From Nitrospirota bacterium (GTDB lineage: Bacteria; Nitrospirota; Nitrospiria; Nitrospirales; NS-4), in contig CAWBGA010000002.1 of assembly GCA_963788195.1 (NCBI GenBank), positions 160,001 to 224,000 on the forward strand: a stretch of 64,000 nucleotides of DNA, given 5' to 3'. A program made the position numbers and the translations under genes. Shown here in pieces: positions 54,447-64,000 of this stretch (position 1 is its first letter; the number at the start of each line of letters is the position of its first letter). The notes beneath the pieces were generated by a model. The model was not told where the DNA came from. It did not search any database and saw only the letters and a list, made by a program, of their open reading frames with translations.

Positions 54447-55928
54447 CTAGCTCTTGTTGAGTCGCTCTTCGAAGGATGCGAGATTTTTGCGAAGCTCAGG
54501 AACGCGGGGATCGCCCTTGAGCGATTCGAGGTTGGTCATGACGACCATGATTGCTGCGCGGCCGGCGGCTTGTGCCAGTGAAGCGCCCACCCTCAGGTCC
54601 GCGGCAAGGTGGTCCGACGCCAATGGAATCAACTGCCGCAAGGTTTCCATTCCCTGCACCGACCACTCGAGGATAGCCAACGGCACTGCTGTGGCGATCG
54701 CCATGGCCTGCTGCATCGCGCTAGCGCGGTCCGGATCGAGTTTGGATCGCTTGGAAGCCGCGAGCACACCCGCATAGGCCTGTGCGTCTTCCCGCACCGC
54801 GGCCTGTAGTTTATCCCGCAACCGAGCCAAAGCTTTTTGGGCCGGCTGAACGTGGTGTTTATTCGTCGTCGCCTGGTCATCGTGAAGCAAAACCTCTGAT
54901 ACCATCACTCCCAAGGACACAGCGCAAGCCGCGGTCATTGCGGCGACGCTTGCTCCACCCGGTCCGGGCATGGGTGTGGAGACAGCCTCCAAAAAGGGGC
55001 TGACCATCGCGGCCAGATCCTGCGTCATGGCTTGGATCATCCGGGCTTCGAGTACCTGATCGGTCTGAAATTTCTCCAGCTTCAGGAAATGCCCGGCAAC
55101 TTGCGCAACTGCGTTCTCTGGAATCAGCCCGATCACTTCGCTGCTATGGACCTCGATCCCCCGTTTGAGCGCTTCGGACTCGACGGCTTCAAAGGCGACA
55201 TACACGGGCGTTTCTTCGTAGTTCGTCAAATTCATGGAGACTTGCACCATGCTGCGGCTCTTGAGCGCGATGCCGACGGCTTTGACGGCGGGGAGGCCGC
55301 CGTTGGATTCCCTCACGGTTTGGGCGATAACTTTCGCGATGTTTAGGTCCTGGCTGGCCAAGTTCACGTTGTAAGCGATGAGCGGACTTCGCGCTCCCAC
55401 GATTGTCACGCCGGCGGTCCGGTGCAGTTTCGCGTCTCCGAAATCCGGCGCCCACTTCGGATCGAGCCGCATACGCTCTGCCAGGCCCTCCAGGCCTTCC
55501 CGCCGTATATCTTCAATGCGCCTGCGAAATGGCGCCGGGGCGGCCTGCTCATACAGGAACACGGGGATCCGCAGTTCGTCGGCTAACTGCCGGCCGACGT
55601 GCCTGGCGATCTGGACGCACGTATCCATCGTGACGCCACGAATCGGGACAATGGGGATCACATCGGTGGCGCCCACGCGGGGGTGTTCTCCCCGATGAGT
55701 AGTCAGATCGATGCGTAAAAGCGCTTCTCGGGCGGCGAGCAAGGCTGCCTCGGCTACGGCATCCGGTGTGCCGACAAATGTGATGACCGTGCGGTTGTGG
55801 TCGGCATCGCTTTGCCGATCAAGCAAGACCACGCCGGAAACGGAGCGGATGGCGCTCAGCAGTGCTTCAATGGTTTCGGCGTTGCGACCTTCACTAAAGT
55901 TGGGAACACATTCAACGAGACGGTTCAT
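54447..55928 (-). CDS. ftcD: Glutamate formimidoyltransferase / formimidoyltetrahydrofolate cyclodeaminase fusion
   Basis: VECVPNFSEG, DADHNRTV, HRGEHPRVGATDVIP, QVSMNL; C-terminal PGPGGASVAA cyclodeaminase-like domain; AGGAGG RBS. Confidence 0.9.
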   Translation of the reverse strand: MNRLVECVPNFSEGRNAETIEALLSAIRSVSGVVLLDRQSDADHNRTVITFVGTPDAVAEAALLAAREALLRIDLTTHRGEHPRVGATDVIPIVPIRGVTMDTCVQIARHVGRQLADELRIPVFLYEQAAPAPFRRRIEDIRREGLEGLAERMRLDPKWAPDFGDAKLHRTAGVTIVGARSPLIAYNVNLASQDLNIAKVIAQTVRESNGGLPAVKAVGIALKSRSMVQVSMNLTNYEETPVYVAFEAVESEALKRGIEVHSSEVIGLIPENAVAQVAGHFLKLEKFQTDQVLEARMIQAMTQDLAAMVSPFLEAVSTPMPGPGGASVAAMTAACAVSLGVMVSEVLLHDDQATTNKHHVQPAQKALARLRDKLQAAVREDAQAYAGVLAASKRSKLDPDRASAMQQAMAIATAVPLAILEWSVQGMETLRQLIPLASDHLAADLRVGASLAQAAGRAAIMVVMTNLESLKGDPRVPELRKNLASFEERLNKS

Positions 55929-56048
55929 CGGTCCTCCTAAAAGCAATGACCCTAGCGAGTCGGCTCAACATCTGTCAAGCATCCCTACCTTCTCCAAGAT
56001 ACTTCCAGTATGCTACCCTGCTGCCGGACATTTGCCTCGAGGACATCG

Positions 56049-57723
56049 ATGACGAGATCTCTCAAGCACAAGAGCCACGAACTGACCGAAGGCCCTGGCC
56101 GGGCCCCCGCGCGCGCTATGCTGAAAGCAGTGGGATTCACCGATGACGATCTCGCCCGCCCGTTGATTGGGGTCGCGAATACCTGGATCGAGGTCATGCC
56201 GTGCAATTATCACTTGCGGCGCCTCTCGGAGAGGGTCAAGGCGGGGATCCGTGCGGCCGGCGGCACGCCCATTGAATACAATACCATTGCGGTCTCAGAT
56301 GGGATCGCGATGGGGACAGAAGGGATGAAGGCCTCATTGATCAGTCGCGAGGTGATTGCGGATTCCGTGGAGTTGGTGGCTCGCGGGCACTTGTTCGATG
56401 GCGTTGTGGCGCTTTCGGGGTGCGATAAGACGATTCCGGGCACTGTGATGGCGCTGGCCCGGTTGGACCTTCCATCTCTCATGCTGTACGGCGGCTCCAT
56501 CATGCCCGGGCAATTTCAAGGTCATGACGTCACGATCCAGGACGTATTTGAAGGGGTGGGCAAGTACGCAGCGGGGAAGATGACCCCAATGGAGCTTCGC
56601 GACCTCGAGAATCATGCTTGTCCGGGCGCCGGCGCCTGTGGCGGGCAGTTCACGGCGAACACCATGGCGATCGCGTTTGAATTCCTCGGCATCTCGCCAA
56701 TGGGCTTTAACGGCGTGCCGGCGATGGATCCTCGTAAGGATGAGGTCGCCTTTCAGTGCGGTCAGCTCATCATGGATTTGCTGCGTGCAGATCTGCGGCC
56801 GAAACACATCATCACGCGCTCGTCGCTTGAGAATGCCATTGCCGCCGTGGCGACGACGGGCGGCTCAACGAATGCCGTGCTCCACCTGCTTGCCATTGCG
56901 AAGGAGGCAGGAGTTCCTTTGAGCATCGACGACTTTGATATCATCAACCGGAGTGTGCCATTGCTTGCTGACCTGAAGCCTGGTGGAAGGTTTATGGCCG
57001 CCGATCTTTTCGCAGCAGGTGGCACGACACTCGTAGCAAAACGTTTAATGGACGCCGGCATTCTTCATGCGCATCAACCCACAGTGACGGGTCGTACGAT
57101 CGGTGAGGAAGCCCGGCTGGCCACGGAAACCTCCGGCCAAGAGGTGTTACGCCCTCTATCCAATCCCATCAAGACCACAGGCGGGCTGGTTGTTCTCAAA
57201 GGCAACCTGGCGCCGGAAGGGTGTGTGGTCAAAGTCGCCGGACATGAAAGAATGTCGCATCAGGGGCCGGCGAAAGTCTTTGAGCGTGAAGAGGACGCCT
57301 TTGTCGCCGTTCAACGCGGCGAAATTATAGCCGGGGATGTTGTGGTGATCCGTTACGAAGGCCCGCAGGGTGGTCCGGGCATGCGTGAGATGCTGGGCGT
57401 GACGGGAGCGATCGTCGGCGCCGGGTTGGGGGAGTCTGTGGCGTTATTGACCGACGGCCGCTTTTCAGGCGCCACCCATGGGCTGATGGCCGGGCACGTC
57501 GCGCCGGAAGCGGCCAGGGGCGGGCCGATTGCGGCGCTGCAAAACGGGGATATCATCGTTCTCGATGTGCCTACCCGCCGGTTGGACGTGCAACTCTCAA
57601 CCGACGAGATCAAGCTCCGGCTCAGTCGGTGGACAGCCTCCCGCGCCGCGCTATACCATCGGCGTGATGGCTAAATACGCGAGGCACGTCTCCTCAGCTT
57701 CTGAGGGCGCCGTCACGAGCTAG
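56049..57723 (+). CDS. ilvD: Dihydroxy-acid dehydratase (frameshift near 57640)
   Basis: PCNYHL, VSDGIAMG, GCDKTIPG, CGGQFTANTM, GGSTN, GPGMREM, TDGRFSG, GHVAPEA. Confidence 0.96.
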
Positions 57724-57753
57724 AGAGACTTCGCTTTTTTAAGTCTTTCTGAT

Positions 57754-57783
57754 TTGACGATTATTATCTCTCCGTGATAAACT
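57754..57783 (+). promoter_or_regulatory. Candidate sigma70 promoter for ilvB
   Basis: TTGACG-18 nt-TAAACT with extended -10 TG. Confidence 0.5.
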
Positions 57784-57910
57784 TTCCGTTCTTACCTTGC
57801 TGATTTTCCATAGTATTTGGCATTTTAAAAAGGGCCGTCGGTTCGCTCAGTAGGGCACCGATAAAAATGGCAGCAGCAGAAACGAATCTTCTTACGAACA
57901 GGAGTCTGCT

Positions 57911-59686
57911 ATGAAGCTCACGGGAGCCGAAATCTTTCTGGAAAGTCTTAAGTGCGAAGGGGTGAAGACTCTTTTCGGGCTCCCGGGTGGTGTCGTCCTC
58001 AAGATTTTCGACATCCTTCATCAGCAGAAGGACATTGAGGTCATCCTCACGCGGCACGAACAAGGCGCCGGCCATATGGCCGAGGGCTACGCGAAAGCTA
58101 CCGGCAAGCCAGGGGTCGCGCTTGTGACATCGGGCCCAGGCATGACCAATATCGTGACCCCTTTGGTGGACGCCTATATGGATTCCGTGCCGATTGTCGT
58201 GTTCACCGGTCAGGTGCCCACGCATCTCATCGGCAACGACGCCTTTCAGGAGGCCGACAATGTGGGCATCAGCCGGCCATGCACCAAGTACAATTTCTTG
58301 GTCAAGGACGTGAACGATCTTGCTCAGACCATCAAAGAGGCTTTTTATCTGGCAATGACAGGAAGGCCGGGTCCGGTGCTGGTGGACATTCCCAAAGATG
58401 TTGCCATGAACAAGGGAGATTTTCGCTATCCCGACAGCGTCTCGATCCGTGGATACAATCCCACGATTGAAGGAAATAAATGGCAGATCAAGCAGGCCGT
58501 GGAAGCCATCCACAAGTCGAAGAAGCCCATCATCTATGTCGGAGGCGGGGCGGTGTTTTCCAATGCCCACGCTGAACTTCTGGAGTTTGCAGAGCTCACG
58601 CAAATACCCGTCGATATGACATTGATGGCTCTGGGCGTATTTCCCGGCTCGCACCCATTATCTCTCGGGATGATGGGAATGCACGGCTCCTACGCGTCAA
58701 ACATGGCGGTACATTACTCGGATCTGGTGATTGCAATTGGCTCTCGGTTCGATGACCGGGTGACCGGTAAGGTGTCCGAGTTCTGTCCCGAGGCCAAGGT
58801 CATCCACATAGATATCGATCCGACGTCGATCCGTAAGAATGTTCAAGTGGACATTCCGGTGGTCGGCGACGTCAAAGCCGTGCTTCGTGAGCTGAACGCC
58901 ATGCTGCGTGCCACGCCGAACGGCAACTCAATTGAACAGCGAAAGCCGTGGCGCAATCAGATCGATGAATGGCAGGAAAAGCATCCGATGACCTATGTCC
59001 AACCGCCGGATGCTCAGATCAAGCCTCAGTACATCATTGACCGGCTCTATGAGCTCACCCGAGACAGGGACCCCATCGTGGCGACGGATGTGGGGCAGCA
59101 TCAGATGTGGGCCGCCCAGCATTTCCGGCTCAACAAGCCTCGCAAGTGGCTGACGTCGGGAGGCCTGGGGACCATGGGATTCGGGTTGCCGGCGGCCCTC
59201 GGCGCGCAGGCGGCTTTTCGGGATCAGTTGGTGCTGTGCATTGCGGGTGACGGCAGCATCCAGATGAACATGCAGGAGATGGCCACCGCCATGATCTCGA
59301 GGCTTCCCGTGAAGACGTTCATCTTGAACAACCACTTTCATGGAATGGTCAGGCAATGGCAGGACCTCTTCTACGAGGGCCGCTATGCGTCTTCGTATCT
59401 GGATACCGTCCCCGACTTCGTCAAAATGGCCGAGGCCTTCAATGCGGTGGGCTTGCGGGCCACCAAAGTTTCGGAAGTGGATGACGTCATCAAAGAATCG
59501 CTGAAGACCGATAAGCCCGTTCTTGTGGACATCGAAGTCGACGCCTATGAAAATTGCTATCCGATGATTCCGGCGGGCGGCGCCAACAATGAAATGATTC
59601 TTGAAGACCCGCCGGAGATGAAACGCGGAGCCAAGCCGGCCTCCAAGGTGGCGGGCGAAGATAAGGATACTGTCCTGACCGCGTAA
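57911..59686 (+). CDS. ilvB: Acetolactate synthase large subunit
   Basis: [52 protein letters not shown]. Confidence 0.97.
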   Translation: MKLTGAEIFLESLKCEGVKTLFGLPGGVVLKIFDILHQQKDIEVILTRHEQGAGHMAEGYAKATGKPGVALVTSGPGMTNIVTPLVDAYMDSVPIVVFTGQVPTHLIGNDAFQEADNVGISRPCTKYNFLVKDVNDLAQTIKEAFYLAMTGRPGPVLVDIPKDVAMNKGDFRYPDSVSIRGYNPTIEGNKWQIKQAVEAIHKSKKPIIYVGGGAVFSNAHAELLEFAELTQIPVDMTLMALGVFPGSHPLSLGMMGMHGSYASNMAVHYSDLVIAIGSRFDDRVTGKVSEFCPEAKVIHIDIDPTSIRKNVQVDIPVVGDVKAVLRELNAMLRATPNGNSIEQRKPWRNQIDEWQEKHPMTYVQPPDAQIKPQYIIDRLYELTRDRDPIVATDVGQHQMWAAQHFRLNKPRKWLTSGGLGTMGFGLPAALGAQAAFRDQLVLCIAGDGSIQMNMQEMATAMISRLPVKTFILNNHFHGMVRQWQDLFYEGRYASSYLDTVPDFVKMAEAFNAVGLRATKVSEVDDVIKESLKTDKPVLVDIEVDAYENCYPMIPAGGANNEMILEDPPEMKRGAKPASKVAGEDKDTVLTA

Positions 59687-59705
59687 ATTGCCGTTTTGAC
59701 GCCGC

Positions 59706-59804
59706 TGTCATTCTGAGCACAGCCGTCATTCTGAGCGCAGCGAAGAATCTGGGCGGGATTGGACGAAATCTATATATAGATCCTTCGCGAAACTCAGGAT
59801 GACA
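59706..59804. repeat. REP-like cluster
   Basis: TGTCATTCTGAGCAC, GTCATTCTGAGCGCAGCGAAGAATCT, inverted AGATCCTTCGCGAAACTCAGGATGACA. Confidence 0.85.
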
Positions 59805-59878
59805 AATGGGAGGCCAGGATAACAACTGGAAGGCTTCGCAGGGGCTTGTGATGAGGCGAGCACAAGGAGAATAGAGTC

Positions 59879-60403
59879 GTGGAGCATATTGTTTCGGTTC
59901 TCGTGGAAAACAAGTTCGGCGTGTTGTCCCGGATCGCGAACCTCTTCAGCGGGCGCGGCTACAACATTGAAACGCTGTCGGTCGCGCCGACCCTGGATCC
60001 CTCGATGTCCATGATGACGATTGTCACATCGGGGGACGATCGGATCATCGAGCAGATCGTCAAGCAGCTCAACAAGCTGATCGACGTGATCAAGGTCGTA
60101 GATCTGAACGAGAGCGAATTCGTGGAGCGTGAGATGGCGCTTATCAAAATTCACACGCGGCCGGAGGACCGGGCGGAAGCTCTTCGAATCGCCGACATTT
60201 TTCGCGCAAAAGTAGTTGATTCCACCCCCTCGACCTACACTGTTGAGATCACCGGGGACGTGAAGAAAGTGGAGGCGGCGATCAATCTTCTGCAGCCTCT
60301 GGGTATCAAGGAGTTGGTCCGGACGGGGCGGGTGGCGATCGCCCGCGAGCCGGTGCGCTCGACGGCAGCGCAACCCAAACGCGCATTAAAAGAAGAAAAA
60401 TAG
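59879..60403 (+). CDS. ilvN: Acetolactate synthase small subunit
   Basis: VLVENKFGVLSRIANLFSGRGYNIETL, KQLNKLIDV, ELVRTG. Confidence 0.96.
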   Translation: MEHIVSVLVENKFGVLSRIANLFSGRGYNIETLSVAPTLDPSMSMMTIVTSGDDRIIEQIVKQLNKLIDVIKVVDLNESEFVEREMALIKIHTRPEDRAEALRIADIFRAKVVDSTPSTYTVEITGDVKKVEAAINLLQPLGIKELVRTGRVAIAREPVRSTAAQPKRALKEEK

Positions 60404-60410
60404 CGCCTCC

Positions 60411-60446
60411 GTGAAGGTCTAGAATCTTCGCTGCGCTCAGAATGAC
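60411..60446. repeat. REP-like copy
   Basis: AGAATCTTCGCTGCGCTCAGAATGAC. Confidence 0.8.
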
Positions 60447-60456
60447 TAATGGATGA

Positions 60457-61488
<1,032 letters not shown>

Positions 61489-61491
61489 GAC

Positions 61492-62144
61492 ATGGCGGAT
61501 CAGGCGAGTGGATGGCCGATAGCCAAAGAAGGCTTGCCTTTCTGCATGGCCGCCGCGGCTTGCGGGGCCGGCGCTGCGGCTTTAGGATTGACCGGGCTCG
61601 GCGCCGTTTTTCTGGCCGGCACGACTATTTATCGCGTGGTTTTTCCGGAATCCCTCGCGAGCGGTCCCCCAGGCCCCCAAGCTGGTTGTCTCGCCGGGAG
61701 ACGGGCGAATAATGGCAGTGGTAAAGGAAGAGGAGCCGCGTTTCTTAAAGGACCAGGCGACGCGGGTGAGCATATTTCTCAGCCCCCTGAACGTCCATAT
61801 CAACCGAATCCCGTGTGAGGGTACTGTGACTGCCGTGGCTCATTCTGCTGGAAAGTTTCTGGTGGCGAGCCGTCCCAGGCGCCACGCTCGAAAATGAGCA
61901 GACCGCCGTGCTCATCGAGACCGATGAGGGCCACCGGGTGCTGTGTGTTCAGGTCGCGGGGTACGTGGCGCGCCGGATCGTCACGTGGTTAAGACTTGGG
62001 GAACGGGTGGCTCGCGGCGAGCGGTATGGCTTGATCCGGTTTGGATCGCGCATGGATCTCTATCTGCCGAGACTCGCCGAGGTAAAGGTTGAAGTTGGTG
62101 GTCGGGTCCGCGGAGGCGAAACAGTGATTGGAGTGCTGCCGTGA
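61492..62144 (+). CDS. psd: Phosphatidylserine decarboxylase proenzyme (frameshifted)
   Basis: PIAKEG, SIFLSPLNVHINRIP, QVAGYVARRI, GLIRFGSRMDL. Confidence 0.9.
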
Positions 62145-62968
62145 AGTACAACGCTCAGAGGCACGAAATGAAGCCCATAAGGCCACGGCTTCGGGTGCGC
62201 AGGCGCCAAGCCATTTATCTCATCCCTAACCTGTTCACGACGGGGAATTTATTCTGCGGGCTGTACGCTATCATTGCGTCCTTTAACGGAAACTATCTCC
62301 ACGCCTCGATTGCGATTTTGGTGGCGCTGATCTTCGATGTCTTGGATGGACAGTCTGCGCGACTCACTAAAACGACAAGCCAATTCGGTGTTGAGTACGA
62401 CTCTTTGGCCGACCTCGTTTCCTTCGGGCTTGCCCCGGCGGTGTTGATCTATGCCTGGGCCCTACACGCTCACGGCGTTATAGGCCTGGCGGTCGTCTTC
62501 GCGTTCGTCGGCTGTGGTGCGTTAAGACTGGCGCGCTACAATGTGCAAACGATCACCGGCGACAACCGTTATTTTACGGGCCTGCCGATTCCGGGCGCCG
62601 CAGGCGTGCTGGCCTCGCTTATTCTCTTCGATCACCACATTTTTCAACTCGGGCAAACCGTTAAGCCGTTGTTGGTCCTGGTCGTCTCCTTCTTGCTGTC
62701 GTTTTTGATGGTCAGTACGATTAAATACGCAAAGTTCAGAGGGATGCGGTTTCACGAGGGCGAAGGCTTCGTTTATCTGGTGTGGGGGGTGCTGGGAATC
62801 ATGTTGATTGCCGCCATGCCGCCGGTCGCATTATTTACGTTGTTCGCAGGTTACGCCGTCTCTGGCGTCGTGATGTGGCTGCTAGCCCTTGTGAGGCCGG
62901 CGGCGCGCCGACCCGTCATGCAGGAACGCCCATCTTCTTCACTTTCCTCAGGAGAGAGAGAGGGTTAA
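62141..62968 (+). CDS. pssA: CDP-diacylglycerol--serine O-phosphatidyltransferase
   Basis: IPNLFTTGN, DVLDGQSAR...FGVEYDSLADLVSFG, RLARYN, FTGLPIP. Confidence 0.95.
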   Translation: MKYNAQRHEMKPIRPRLRVRRRQAIYLIPNLFTTGNLFCGLYAIIASFNGNYLHASIAILVALIFDVLDGQSARLTKTTSQFGVEYDSLADLVSFGLAPAVLIYAWALHAHGVIGLAVVFAFVGCGALRLARYNVQTITGDNRYFTGLPIPGAAGVLASLILFDHHIFQLGQTVKPLLVLVVSFLLSFLMVSTIKYAKFRGMRFHEGEGFVYLVWGVLGIMLIAAMPPVALFTLFAGYAVSGVVMWLLALVRPAARRPVMQERPSSSLSSGEREG

Positions 62969-62977
62969 TATCACGCC

Positions 62978-64000
62978 ATGGCCCGCATGATCCGTATATT
63001 CGATACGACACTTCGCGACGGCGAGCAATCGCCCGGCGCGGCGATGAACCTCGAAGAGAAGCTGATGATTGCGAAACAACTCGCCCGCCTGAATGTTGAC
63101 GTCATCGAGGCGGGCTTCGCATACAGCTCACCCGGAGACTTCGAGGCAGTCCGCCGGATCGCGCAGGAAGTGGAGGGGCCCGTTATCTGCAGTCTGGCGC
63201 GCGCTCGTCCCGAGGATGTGGATAGGGCATGGGAGGCTCTGCGTGGTGCACCGAAGATCCGTATCCATACATTTATCTCCACATCGGATATCCATCTCAA
63301 ACACCAGTTTCGGCTGACGAGGGATCAGGCCCGTGACCGTGCAGTCGAAATGGTGCAGCGCGCCAAGGGGTATCTCGACGATGTGGAATTCTCTCCGATG
63401 GATGCCACGCGCTCCGAGCCAAAGTATCTGTACGAGGTGCTGGAGGCGGTCATTGAAGCGGGGGCCACTACGGTCAACATCCCTGATACCGTCGGATACG
63501 CGGCGCCTCAGGAATTCGGAATGCTGATTCGCGGGATCCGGGAGAATGTGCCGAACATCAAGAAGGCGATCATTTCCGTGCATTGCCACAACGATCTCGG
63601 GGTGGCGGTGGCCAACTCCTTGGCGGCGATTGTGGAAGGGGCGGGCCAGGTGGAATGCACCATCAATGGGATCGGCGAGCGCGCGGGGAACGCCTCATTG
63701 GAGGAGATCGCAATGGGCCTGCGCACCCGGAAAGACTTCTATGGCGCGGATACCGGGATTCGCACGGAAGAGATCGTCAAGAGCAGTCGTCTGGTCAGCA
63801 GCATCACCGGAATGGTCGTGCAGCCGAACAAGGCCATTGTCGGCGCGAATGCGTTTTCGCACGCCTCAGGGATTCACCAGGACGGATTCTTAAAAGAAAA
63901 AACGACGTACGAAATCATGCGTCCTGATACCATCGGTTTGGGCAAGAGCACGCTTGTGATGGGCAAGCTGTCGGGGCGCCATGCCTTCAGGCAACGGCTG
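62978..64000 (+). CDS. leuA: 2-isopropylmalate synthase (runs off the window end)
   Basis: [58 protein letters not shown]. Confidence 0.96.
   Translation, partial: MARMIRIFDTTLRDGEQSPGAAMNLEEKLMIAKQLARLNVDVIEAGFAYSSPGDFEAVRRIAQEVEGPVICSLARARPEDVDRAWEALRGAPKIRIHTFISTSDIHLKHQFRLTRDQARDRAVEMVQRAKGYLDDVEFSPMDATRSEPKYLYEVLEAVIEAGATTVNIPDTVGYAAPQEFGMLIRGIRENVPNIKKAIISVHCHNDLGVAVANSLAAIVEGAGQVECTINGIGERAGNASLEEIAMGLRTRKDFYGADTGIRTEEIVKSSRLVSSITGMVVQPNKAIVGANAFSHASGIHQDGFLKEKTTYEIMRPDTIGLGKSTLVMGKLSGRHAFRQRL

Overview
A 64-kb GC-rich bacterial chromosome segment. Gene content and order suggest Nitrospirota (inference, not verified). Two housekeeping blocks are present: (i) ispH-mutY-mutT, then rho-rpmE-prfA-prmC-murA-hisGDBH-(lipoprotein)-hisAF-hisIE-HIT-dnaG-rpoD-tRNA-Ile2(CAT)-zinc-ribbon, RNase HIII and rnpB; (ii) ilvD-ilvB-ilvN-ilvC-psd-pssA-leuA. 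Accessory regions lie at about 1-15.6 kb and 39.7-56 kb. Many genes, including essential rpoD and dnaG, carry single frameshifts, most simply read as long-read indel errors. Main observations: (1) a 3'-truncated IS110 (IS621-like) element whose left end still carries a complete bridge-RNA-like structure; its target guides spell the genome's own TGTCATCCTGAGCG REP-like palindrome, and the element sits inserted in such a REP at a CT core; (2) a divergent locus with a copper-amine-oxidase homologue split over two exported proteins and with an altered TPQ motif, a cytoplasmic C25/clan CD peptidase with a small partner, and three helical proteins (two lipoproteins); (3) a dispersed hairpin repeat family (CACCCGCCCACCC-stem-GCCAAGAC-stem) with covarying stems, one copy lying between a duplicated, synonymously diverged hisF 5' end and the real hisF; (4) a MITE-like element abutting the rnpB 3' end; (5) a heavily broken ~1450-codon SF1 helicase-nuclease-zinc-finger gene. 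All calls come from reading motifs by eye; no database searches were run.
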